This document shows, piece after piece, positions 53,723 through 64,000 of a DNA stretch of 64,000 nucleotides. This DNA comes from an uncultured delta proteobacterium. GTDB lineage: Bacteria; Myxococcota; Myxococcia; Myxococcales; Myxococcaceae. The position numbers and the translations under genes were made by a program. Location of the stretch: assembly GCA_963771175.1 (NCBI GenBank), contig CAVYSY010000040.1, forward strand, positions 256,001 to 320,000, in the 5' to 3' direction. The notes beneath the pieces are model-generated. The model saw only the letters and a program-made list of their open reading frames with translations. It was not told the origin of the DNA and did not search any database. The stretch's first letter is position 1. Each line of letters begins with the position of its first letter.

Positions 53723-54049
53723 ATGGCGAACACGGTCATCGGCATCGAGCATCGTCATCGACGGCGAGATCTCCGGCGACGAGGATCTCGTCATCCAGGG
53801 CACGGTGAAGGGCAAGATCTCGCTGCAAGGAGAGCCTCTTCGTCGAGGGCACCGGCGTGGTCGAGGCCGACATCGAGACCCAGAACGTCGAGATCGCCGG
53901 CCAGGTCACCGGCAACATCACCGCCACCGACAAGGTCGAGCTCAAGGCCGACTGCCGCGTGGTGGGCGACATCAAGGCCCCGCGCATCCTCATCGCCGAC
54001 GGCGCCGCTTCAAGGGCAACGTCGACATGGACGTCCGAAGGAGCGCTGA
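53723..54049 (+). CDS. bacO: Bactofilin (frameshifted)
   Basis: MANTVIG, IDGEISGDEDLVIQG, VVGDIKAPRILIADGA, FKGNVDM. Confidence 0.85.
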   Translation: MANTVIGIEHRHRRRDLRRRGSRHPGHGEGQDLAARRASSSRAPAWSRPTSRPRTSRSPARSPATSPPPTRSSSRPTAAWWATSRPRASSSPTAPLQGQRRHGRPKER

Positions 54050-54054
54050 TCGCC

Positions 54055-54756
54055 ATGGCCACTGCGAAGGAACTGGTCCCTGGTCGGGCGAGCGACAACA
54101 CGGTCATCGGTCCATCCATCCTCATCAGCGGCAAGCTCACGGGCGACGAGGACCTCACGGTCCGCGGCCGGGTCGAGGGTCGAGCTCACCCTGACCAGGA
54201 CGCTCATCGTCGAGCCGTCGGCATCGTGAAGGCCGAACGTCACGGTCAAGAACGCCATCGTCAGCGGCGTGGTGGTGGGCAACATCACCGCCACCGAGAG
54301 CGTCGAGCTCACCCGCGAAGGCCGCATGGTGGGCGACATCCACGCCCCGCGCGTCATCATCGTCGACGGCGCGAGCTTCCGCGGCCGCGTCGACATGGGC
54401 GAGGTGGAGCCGGGTCGCGTGCCCACGGAGCGTCCGGCGCTGCCGCGTCCGACGGCCGTGCGTCCCGCGGTGCGTCCGGGGACGAATGTCCCGGCCCGTC
54501 CGGCGCTGCCTGGTGCTCGGCCGCCGCCGCCCGCTGCTCCCATGACGGCCCGTCCGGCCGCCCCCTCGCCCGCGGCCCGCCGGCGCCGCCGCCCGCTCCG
54601 GTCGCCACGCGCCCGGTGCCGCCCGCTCCGCCCGCCCCCAGGGCGGCCGAGCCCACCCGGCCCGAGCCTCCTCGGCCGCCGGTCGCCGCGCCGGTCCCGC
54701 CTACCATGGCGGAGGCTGCTAGGAAGAAAGTCGTGGTGAAGAAGAAGGGTCGTTAA
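54055..54756 (+). CDS. bacP: Bactofilin with Pro-rich tail (frameshifted)
   Basis: [32 protein letters not shown], Pro/Ala tail ending [10 protein letters not shown]. Confidence 0.88.
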   Translation: MATAKELVPGRASDNTVIGPSILISGKLTGDEDLTVRGRVEGRAHPDQDAHRRAVGIVKAERHGQERHRQRRGGGQHHRHRERRAHPRRPHGGRHPRPARHHRRRRELPRPRRHGRGGAGSRAHGASGAAASDGRASRGASGDECPGPSGAAWCSAAAARCSHDGPSGRPLARGPPAPPPAPVATRPVPPAPPAPRAAEPTRPEPPRPPVAAPVPPTMAEAARKKVVVKKKGR

Positions 54757-54838
54757 AGCGTTGTGGTGGCGCACCTTTGCGTCGCCACACGCCGAATCGA
54801 CGGCCACGGCCCGGCGACGGGCGAATCCAAGGGTGCTG

Positions 54839-55697
54839 ATGAACGCCATGAACGCCGAGAACAGAATCGACGAGGTGGACGCGCAGCCGAGCACCCCGGT
54901 GGAGGAGTCGCCCGGGGCGACCGCTCCTGAGTCGTCCGCCGCCGCCCCCGAGCAGCAGGAGGGGACGGTGGAGGCTCGCGAAGGGAGCTCCGAGGTCGCG
55001 GAAGCATCGGGCGGTGAGTCGCCGGCCGAGCAGCCCGCGCCTCCGCCGAGCCGAGCAGCCGCGTCCGCGAGACGCTCGCGCCGCGCCGTCGTGGGAACGT
55101 GGCCCCCGCCCACATTCCGCTGGAGCGGATCGACGAGGACTCCACGTTCCAGATGCGCCCGGTGGGGGAGTTGTCCGCGCTGGCCACCGATCTGGCGCGG
55201 CTGGGGCAGCTCTTCCCGGTGGACGTGCGCTTCAAGCCGCCGGACCGGTTCCAGATCATCTCCGGATTCCGCCGGGTGGCGGCGCTGCGCTTCCTCCAGA
55301 CGGGATCGCGTGCTGGCCCGCCTGCACACGGACCTGTCGGACGAGGACGCGCTGCTGATGGCGCTGGCCTCGGCCATCCACTCCTCGCCGGTGAGCCGGG
55401 AGGAGCTGGAGGCCAAGCGGGAGCAGCTCGAGAGCCGAGGGGCGGCTGACGCCCATCGCCCGGGATATGCTCGAGAAGGCGCTGGCCACCGAAGAGTCGC
55501 TCGCGCCGGAGACGGTGGACGAGGAGGTCGACGCGGACGAGCTGGCCGCGGAGGTCACCCAGCGGTTGGTGGACATCAATCAGGACCTGGCGCTGCTGGC
55601 TGACGTTTTCGCCGACCTCGATGAGACGCGGAAGAAGGAGCTGCTCACGCAGCTTCGCTACTCCTCGGATCTCGTGGCCTGGCTGGAGAGCTTGTGA
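54839..55697 (+). CDS. padC: ParB/Srx-domain bactofilin-ParA adaptor (frameshifted)
   Basis: Disordered acidic N-terminus; [28 protein letters not shown]; directly after bacNOP. Confidence 0.85.
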
Positions 55698-56269
55698 ATG
55701 GTGGACGCGCTCGCGCGTGACAGGGCCCGCCTGCTGGAGCTGCTCACCGAGCGCTCCTTCGAGCGGCGCAAGGTGGTGCTGTCGTCCGGCAAGGAGTCGG
55801 ATTTCTACATCGACTGCAAGCGCACGGCGCTGCTGGCCGAGGGGCACTTCCTCATCGGCCGGCTCCTGCTTCAGTCCGTCCTCCGCGAGGCGCCCCGAGG
55901 CCGTGGCGGTGGGCGGGCTGACGCTGGGCGCGGATCCGCTCGCCTCGGCGGTCAGCCTCACGAGCTACCTGTCCGGGGACTCCGCTGCATGCCTTCATCG
56001 TCCGCAAGGAGCCCAAGGGCCACGGCACGGGCCAGTGGATCGAGGGCATGAAGCGCGCTGCGCTCCGGGCGCGCCGGTGGCCATCCTCGAGGACGTGGTC
56101 ACCACGGGCGCTTCCACGCTCAAGGCGATCGAGCGGGCTCAGCTGCGAGGGGCTGAAGGTGCTCGGGGCGTTCGCGCTGGTGGACCGGCTGGAGGGCGGA
56201 CGCGAGGCGGTCGAGGCCACCGGGAACCGGCTCTTCACGCTGTTCACCCGCAAGGACTTCATTCCGTGA
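55698..56269 (+). CDS. pyrE: Orotate phosphoribosyltransferase (frameshifted)
   Basis: LSSGKESDFYIDCK, GGLTLGADP, RKEPKGHG, ILEDVVTTGAS, LVDRLEGG. Confidence 0.92.
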
Positions 56270-56271
56270 GG

Positions 56272-56898
56272 ATGCAGTTGCGGCTCGTGGCGCTGCTGAT
56301 GGCGCTGCGCGGGCTGTGTCTCCACGCCCGCCCACCGTGGGGGATCCGGCTCCCGTGCTGCGGGACGAGCGCCAGGAGCGCATCTACCAGCAGGTGCTGG
56401 AGCGCTACACCGCCCGCGGGGAGCTCTACTCGGCTTCGACACGGGCTCTTCTCGGCGGCCACGCTGCAGACGCCGGCCTTCCGCGAGGCCCGCATCCGCC
56501 GGGCGGCCACCTTCCAGTCGCTGTCTCCGCGAGCGCGTGGAGTCGCTGCTGGCGCGAGGAGCTGGCGGAGGCGCAGAACACGCACGAGTTCTTCCTCGGC
56601 GTCCACGTCAACGACTACCGCTACGACGACTTCGACCGGCCCACGTCCATCTGGCACATGGTGCTGGTGACGCCCGCGGGCGAGGTGCGGCCCGTGAGGG
56701 TGCGAGCGCATGGGCCGCGCGGACATGGACATGCGGGCCTTCTACCCGTACCTGGGCACCTTCTGGGTGGGCTACCGCGTGCGCTTCCCCACCACCTTCG
56801 CGGACGGCAAGCCCGTCATCCCCCCGGGCATCGAGCGCGTGGTGCTGCGCATGGCCTCCTCGCTCGGCAAGGTGGAGATGCGCGTCCACGCGCGCTAG
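56272..56898 (+). CDS. Hypothetical lipoprotein (frameshifted)
   Basis: Hydrophobic leader ending AGC across an indel; coherent pieces HEFFLGVHVNDY and FYPYLGTFWVGYRVRFP. Confidence 0.65.
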
Positions 56899-56910
56899 CG
56901 CACGTGACGC

Positions 56911-57505
56911 TCAGGTCTGCTCGGGCCGCAGCGGGGGCGTTCTCGGGGTGAGTGGCTGTTCGACCTTCTGGAGCTGATCCAGCAGCGCGGCTGGGGACGG
57001 GTCGCAGGCGAAGGGCTGGGCGCGCGCCTCGGGGACGAAGCCTTCCTCCACCGCGCGCCGCATCATCGCCAGCAGCGGCCCGTAGAAGTCCGCCACGTTC
57101 AGCAGGCCGATGGGCTTGTGGTGGAGGCCGAGCTGGGCCCAGGTGGTCACCTCGAAGAGCTCCTCGAAGGTGCCGATGCCGCCGGGCATGGCGATGAAGG
57201 CGTCCGCGCGCTCGGCCATCATCGCCTTGCGCGTGTGCATGGAGTCCACCAGGTGCAGCTCGGTGAGGCTCGGGTGGGCGATCTCCCGATCACTCGAGCA
57301 CCCTGGGCAGCACGCCCACCACCTTGCCGCCCCGCGCGAGGGCCGCGTCCGCCATGGCGCCCATGAGTCCCACGCTGGTGCCCCCGTAGACGAGGGTGAG
57401 CCCCCGCCGGGCCAGCTCCGCGCCCAGGGCCCTGGCCCCCGCGAGGTAGTCCGGCCGGGTTCCGTTGCGCGAGCCACAGAAGACGCACACCGACTTCAGT
57501 TCCAT
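56911..57505 (-). CDS. LOG family nucleotide phosphoribohydrolase (frameshift near 57295)
   Basis: [32 protein letters not shown]. Confidence 0.9.
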
Positions 57506-57506
57506 A

Positions 57507-58252
57507 CTAGGGAATCCCCCGAATCGTTCCGGGTGGGCGGCGATGTAGACCACCACCACTGCGATGGCGAGCAGCAAGGGCGCGGCGCGCGCGAAGACAC
57601 GGGGCCCGGAGCGCAGGGCGATGCCCATGGGCAGGCCGAAGAGGAAGCCTCCGAGGTGCCCGGCCCAGCTCACTCCCGGGAGGAGGCTGATCGCCGCCAC
57701 CTGGACCAGCCAGAAGACGAGGCCGCGGCGGAACTCGCGCGTGGCGATGAGGAGCATGGCTCCCGCCCAGCCGAGGATCATCCCCGAGGCTCCCACGGTG
57801 GGCACGTTGAAGTTGAAGAGCAGCGCGAAGGCCGAGCCGCCCAGCGCCGTGACGAGGGAGATGAGCAGGAAGCGCCCGCTGCCGATGCCCCGCTCCAGGG
57901 GCATGCCCAGCGAGTACACCACGGACATGTTGAAGCCGAGGTGGAGGAGGCCGCCGTGCATGAAGACGGTGGTGAGCACGCGCCAGGCCTGGCCCGCCTG
58001 GACGAGCGGACCGAAGAGGGCGGTCCATTGGAAGAAAGGGCCCCGTGCTCCCCAGAGGAGCGCGCCCGACTCCCGGCTCAGGAGGACATCCAGCAGGTAC
58101 AGGACCACCGAGCCGCCGATGACGACCGCGCACACCGGAGGCCAGGGCTGGCGCACGGGCGGGGCAGGGGGCTCGACGGGTCGCTCGGGCCCGGGAGGGT
58201 GCTCGTGCCCCGGGGGCGGCAGCATGTCGCGCGGATCAGTGGGGTAGGTCAT
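57507..58252 (-). CDS. Rhomboid intramembrane serine protease
   Basis: [31 protein letters not shown]. Confidence 0.92.
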
Positions 58253-58259
58253 CCGAGGT

Positions 58260-59857
<1,598 letters not shown>

Positions 59858-59945
59858 GTGTCACAGCCTTAATGGCTGTAAGTGCTGGAAACAAGGCGAT
59901 TTCTTGAGGACTTTCGGGCGGAGGTCTAAGGTTGGGAGCGCCGAT

Positions 59946-60637
59946 ATGCGAGCCCTTCCCTTCTTGCTGCTGCCCGCGCTGCTGCTTGCCCCCCTGGGAG
60001 CCCATGCGTCCGAGGGCATCTACAGGTACGTGGAGAAGGACGGGACGATCGTCTACACGAACGTCCCGCCGCCAGGCACGAAGAAGGCCGCCAGAAGCTC
60101 AAGGGCACCTTCTCCGAGGCGCCCGCGCACACCGCCCCGGTGAAGGGCCGGTCACGCACCCCCGAGGAGCTCGAGCCCCACATCGCCAAGGCCGCCCAGC
60201 GCTACCGCATTCCCACCGCGTTGGTGCGCGCCATCATGCACACGGAGAGCAACTTCAACTCCAACGCGGTGTCCCCCAAGGGCGCCAGCGGGTTGATGCA
60301 GCTCATGCCGGGCACGGCCTCGGAGATGTACGTGAAGGACATCTTCGACAACCGGGACAACATCGAGGGCGGGGTGCGCTACCTGCGGGTGCTGGCCAAC
60401 CTCTTCCAGGGCGACATGGTGAAGATGGTGGCCGCGTACAACGCGGGGCCGGACGCCGTGCGCAAGTACGGTGGGCAGGTGCCGCCGTACCCGGAGACGC
60501 AGGCCTACGTGCGCAAGGTGCTCCAGCTCTACTTCCATTACAAAGAGCGCGAGCAGCTCACGAAGGGCGAGCCTCGCGGGACGAATTCCGATGCCGACGA
60601 CGCGCGTGACGGGGCGGGGGCCGAAGAACCCCGTTGA
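59946..60637 (+). CDS. Lytic transglycosylase (SLT) with N-terminal DUF4124-like domain (frameshift near 60090)
   Basis: Signal peptide, IYRYVEKDGTIVYTNVP, TESNF, GASGLMQLMP, AAYNAG. Confidence 0.9.
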
Positions 60638-62059
60638 TGAGGAGTTCCTGAATCAGCTCTACCGCGGGAGCGAGCTGCTGGCGCAGGGCAAGGCCCACGA
60701 GGCCCGTCAGCACCTCGAGCGGGCCCACCAGCTCCAGCCGAGGAACGAGAAGAGCCAGAACCTGCTCGGGCTGGCCTACTTCAAGCTGGGCCTCTTCGAG
60801 AGGGCCGCCGAAATCTACGAGGGGCTGGTGCGCGACAACCCGGTGGACGCCACCCTGCGCGTCAACCTGGGGCTGGTGTACCTGAAGACGAACGCGCTCC
60901 AGCGCGCGATGCGCGAGTTCGAGTCCGCGACGGACCTGCAGCCGGACCACAAGAAGGCGCACAACTACCTGGGACTGGCGCTGGCGCAGGCCGGGGAGTA
61001 CGGCCGCGCCCGCGAGCACTTCCTCCTGGCCGGCAGCGATGTCATGGCGGAGAAGATGGCCCGGGCCATCGCGGGGGACCGGTTGGCCCGGCAGCCGCAA
61101 CCCCTGCCCGCTCCGGCTCCGATGCCCGCCGGGCGCCCGGCCCCCGGCGGCGAGAGTCAGTGGGGCTCCCAGTTCGGCCTGGACGAGGGTCCCTCCGCCG
61201 CCACGCCGGAAGAGGCGGCGGAGGAGATGCGAGCTCGCCGAGGACGAGGGGCCGAGCGTCCTCGAGGAGGGCTCGCTGGACCCCGGGGCCGAGGCCGCCG
61301 CGTCCTTCGCGGCGACGTCCGAGGCGGTGTCCACGAGCGAGGCGCTGCCGGAGGAGTCGCTGGAGAACGCCACTCCCGAGCTGCCCGCGAAGGTCGTGGA
61401 CTTCCAGCCGGGAGCGAACGTACCGGTGCTGGCCGAGCTGGCGTCGGCGGTGGCGTTGGCGGGGGCCAGCGAGGCCAACCCCTTCCGGGTGGGCCGAGGC
61501 TCCTTCTCCGTGCTCGTGAAGGGCGAGCTGCTCACGCGGCTGGAGGGCCTGGTGGCCTTCTCCGGGCAGCTCCAGTTCGAGCCGGAGTTGAAGCGCTTCC
61601 GGGGACGTACCTCGGAGCAGCCCTTCGGCGAGGGGGCGCGGCAGCTCGTGCGCGCCACCGGCGAGGGCGTGCTCTTCATCGAGTCGGCGGAGGGGCGCTC
61701 CTTCCTGGCGGTGGAGCTGGGCGAGGAGGGCGCCTACCTGCGCGAGGAGTTCCTCTTCGCTTTCGAGGAGGCGGTGACCTTCGAGAATGGCAAGGTGCCC
61801 TCGGACGTGGCGCCGGACCTGGAGCTGGTGCTACCTGCGCGGGCAGGGGAGGGTGCTGTTGAGCCTCCCCGGGAGGCTGCGCTCGGTGGCGGTCGCCGAG
61901 GGGGGGCCGGTGACGGTCCCGCTGTCCCATCTGGTGGGGTGGCAGGGCAAGGTCGCCCCTCGAATGGTGCCGTTGCTGGCGGTGGGGGGCGAGCCTCCCC
62001 GGGCCGCCGTGGAGCTGAGCGGTGAAGGATTTGCCCTCATCGTCCTGCCAGTTCGGTAG
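60591..62059 (+). CDS. TPR protein with C-terminal AIM24/DUF124-like domain (frameshifted)
   Basis: TPRs NLLGLAYFKLG, NLGLVYLK, AHNYLGLA; C-terminal beta-rich region with ATGEGVLF and LRGQGRVLL. Confidence 0.75.
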
Positions 62060-62070
62060 AAGGACCCGTC

Positions 62071-62760
62071 ATGGATCGAGCTGAGCGAGCGTTGCGGAAG
62101 CGGCAGAAGAAGGAGGAGCGGGCGCGGCGGCGGGCGGCGCGCCAGCCCAGCGTGCTCGTCCAGGAGTTCTGGAACCTGCCCAACATGCTGACGCTGGGGC
62201 GCATCTTCCTCATCCCCCTGTTCGTCTGGCTCACCTACGACGCGGATCCGCTCTCCTCGCTGCTGGCGGCGGCGGTGTTCGCCGTGGCCTCCATCACGGA
62301 CGTCGTCGACGGCTACCTGGCGCGCCGGTGGAACCTCATCACCGTGGTGGGCAAGTTCATGGATCCGCTGGCCGACAAGCTCATCGTCCTGGCGGCGCTG
62401 GTGATGATGGTGCGGCTGGGCCGGATCGCGGCCTGGGTGGTCATCGTGCTGCTGGCGCGCGAGCTCATCGTCAGCGGCCTGCGCACCATCGCGGCGAGCG
62501 AGGGCATGGTCATCGCCGCCGGGCAGGAGGGGAAGTGGAAGACGTCCCTCCAGCTCGTGGGCATCATCTCGCTCTGCGTGCACTACGAGCACCTGATCGA
62601 CGTGGGCTTCTACGCGGCGCCGGTGGACTTCAACAAGGTGGGCCAGTTGTTGGTCTATTTGTCGGGGGCGTTCTCGGTGTGGAGTGCCGTCGTGTACTTC
62701 CGCGCCTTCCTCGCCATGCTGGCCAGACGGGGGAGCGGAGCGGACACACAGAAGGCTTGA
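62071..62760 (+). CDS. pgsA: CDP-diacylglycerol--glycerol-3-phosphate 3-phosphatidyltransferase
   Basis: NLPNMLTLGR; TDVVDGYLARR..GKFMDPLADK; RELIVSGLR; GKWKT. Confidence 0.95.
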   Translation: MDRAERALRKRQKKEERARRRAARQPSVLVQEFWNLPNMLTLGRIFLIPLFVWLTYDADPLSSLLAAAVFAVASITDVVDGYLARRWNLITVVGKFMDPLADKLIVLAALVMMVRLGRIAAWVVIVLLARELIVSGLRTIAASEGMVIAAGQEGKWKTSLQLVGIISLCVHYEHLIDVGFYAAPVDFNKVGQLLVYLSGAFSVWSAVVYFRAFLAMLARRGSGADTQKA

Positions 62761-62785
62761 CGCATCCGGAACCGGACTGTATATC
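62757..62785 (+). promoter_or_regulatory. Sigma70-like promoter for the tRNA pair
   Basis: TTGACG-17 bp-TATATC overlapping the pgsA stop codon. Confidence 0.55.
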
Positions 62786-62843
62786 CCCCCTCACTTTCGA
62801 CGGCGCCGCGAGGCGACGGCGGAGGTTGTCAGGAGTCAGAGAA

Positions 62844-62918
62844 GCGGGAATAGCTCAGTGGTAGAGCATCGCCTTGCCAAGGCGAGGGTCGAGGGTTCAA
62901 ATCCCTTTTCCCGCTCCA
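62844..62918 (+). tRNA. tRNA-Gly (GCC)
   Basis: GCGGGAA/TTCCCGC acceptor stem, anticodon loop TTGCCAA, TTCAAAT T-loop, CCA end. Confidence 0.97.
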
Positions 62919-62934
62919 ACTACTCCTTTCTTCT

Positions 62935-63009
62935 GCGGGAATAGCTCAGTGGTAGAGCATCGCCTTGCCAAGGCGAGGGTCGAGGGTTCAAATCCCTTTT
63001 CCCGCTCCA
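62935..63009 (+). tRNA. tRNA-Gly (GCC), identical second copy
   Basis: 75-nt duplicate 16 bp downstream of the first. Confidence 0.97.
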
Positions 63010-63014
63010 GTCAC

Positions 63015-63051
63015 GAAGGCCCTCTGGGAGACCAGGGGGCCTTTTCTTTTT
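63015..63051 (+). terminator. Rho-independent terminator
   Basis: AAGGCCCTCTGG-GAGA-CCAGGGGGCCTT followed by a T-rich tract. Confidence 0.85.
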
Positions 63052-63169
63052 GCCCATCCTGCGGTGCTCCTCTGGTGGGCAGGCGCGCGAGCCACTGCTT
63101 GCTGGGATAGAGCGCGGGTGGTGCCTGTTCTCGCCTCGGGGCGCGGCTTTGCTGTATGGATAGCGCCGC

Positions 63170-63951
63170 ATGATTCGCCACTTCCGGGAACTCTACCAGT
63201 ACCGGGGGCTGCTCCTCAGCTTGGTCCAGCGCGAGTTGAAGGCACGCTACCGGGGCTCGGTGCTGGGCTTCTTCTGGACGTTCCTCAACCCCATGCTGCA
63301 CATGCTCGTGTACTGGCTGCTGTTCGACGTGATGTCGAAGAACCAGGTCGCGAGCACTACCCGTTCTTCATGTTCGTGGGGCTGCTGCCGTGGATCTGGT
63401 TCTCCACCTCGGTGAGCGGGGGGGCCAGCGCCATCAGTGACCGGCGAGACCTGATGACGAAGGTCCGCTTTCCGGCGCAGGTGCTGCCGGCCACGGTGGT
63501 GACCACCAACCTGTGCAACTACGTCTTCTCGCTGCCGCTGATGCTGGTGATGGGCATCATCTTCGGGGTGTGGCCCACCTGGCACGTGATTGCCTTCCCG
63601 GTGGTGGTGCTGACGCAACTCTGCTTCACCCTGGCGGTGGTGTACGTCGTCTCCGCGCTCAATGTGACGTTCCGGGACCTGCAGCACATCGTCGCCAACC
63701 TGATGATGATGTGGTTCTTCGTCACGCCCGTGCTCTACCGGGCATCCACCATCCCCGAGTCTTACCGGAGCGTGATGGTGCTGGCCAATCCGATGGCCAT
63801 CCTCATGACCGCCTACCAGTCCATCTTCTACGAGCACCGCCTGCCGGAAGCGCTGCCGCTGCTGGGTCTGCTGGCCGCGTCGGTGGTGCTGCTCTGGGGA
63901 GCCTCGCAGCTCTTCGAGAGCCGTCGTGAGGAGTTCGCGGAGTCCATCTAG
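63170..63951 (+). CDS. wzm: ABC-2 polysaccharide (O-antigen) export permease (frameshift near 63350)
   Basis: RELKARYRGSVLGFFWTFLNP, GLLPWIWFS, FRDLQHI, FFVTPVLY, NPM. Confidence 0.92.
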
Positions 63952-64000
63952 ATGTCCATGCACGAGAGTCAGGACGCCATCGTCATCCGGGACGTCGTGA
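63952..64000 (+). CDS. Probable start of the Wzt ABC ATPase (truncated by window)
   Basis: ATG immediately after the wzm stop; MSMHESQDAIVIRDVV; called mainly from context. Confidence 0.55.
   Translation, partial: MSMHESQDAIVIRDVV

Noticed and set aside
53321..56898. Cluster of true pseudogenes or programmed frameshifting
   Set aside because: No consistent slippery sites noticed, motifs remain intact, and the same pattern affects unrelated housekeeping genes
56911..58252. In-frame rhomboid-LOG fusion (ORF 57290-58252)
   Set aside because: One extra base in the TTCCCTAG stretch would end the rhomboid at TAG 57507 just before the LOG ATG; fits the window-wide indel pattern
62844..63009. Duplicated tRNA as attL/attR of an integrated element
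   Set aside because: Both copies are full length, 16 bp apart, with no cargo or integrase

Overview
High-GC myxobacterial chromosome segment, probably Myxococcales (Archangium/Cystobacter/Myxococcus-like; inferred from gene content and order). Gene order matches my recollection of a conserved Myxococcus xanthus region: a Tad-like locus equivalent to the second cluster of the Kil contact-dependent prey-killing system (minor pilins divergent from cpaB-tadB-tadC plus two FHA proteins), xseA-xseB-RR-ispA-dxs-tlyA, the c-di-GMP-binding hybrid kinase sgmT, TPR and lysophospholipase genes, bacNOP-padC, pyrE, nadB, pgsA, two tRNA-Gly(GCC) and the start of a wzm/wzt O-antigen exporter. The left part holds a SNF2 helicase fragment, MoxR/DUF58, a HEAT-cyclophilin lipoprotein, REC-HD-GYP, an amine-dehydrogenase-like/MaoC/MaoC/acyl-CoA dehydrogenase module, exbBD, two stand-alone MshEN proteins, oppDF, a P450 and an ECF/anti-sigma pair. 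More than 30 genes, including housekeeping ones, are broken by small indels. These look like consensus errors, so the genes are reported as stitched CDSs with approximate ends. The best candidates for undescribed biology are a lower-GC, translationally coupled Cys-rich exported peptide plus partner cassette (5.9-6.7 kb), the uncharacterised genes coupled to the Kil minor pilins, a beta-barrel/OmpA plus lipoprotein pair, the MshEN pair with a shared C-terminal module, and Ser/Thr tandem repeats in a Kil-linked FHA protein. No CRISPR array, integrase or IS was seen. All calls come from reading motifs by eye; no database search was run.
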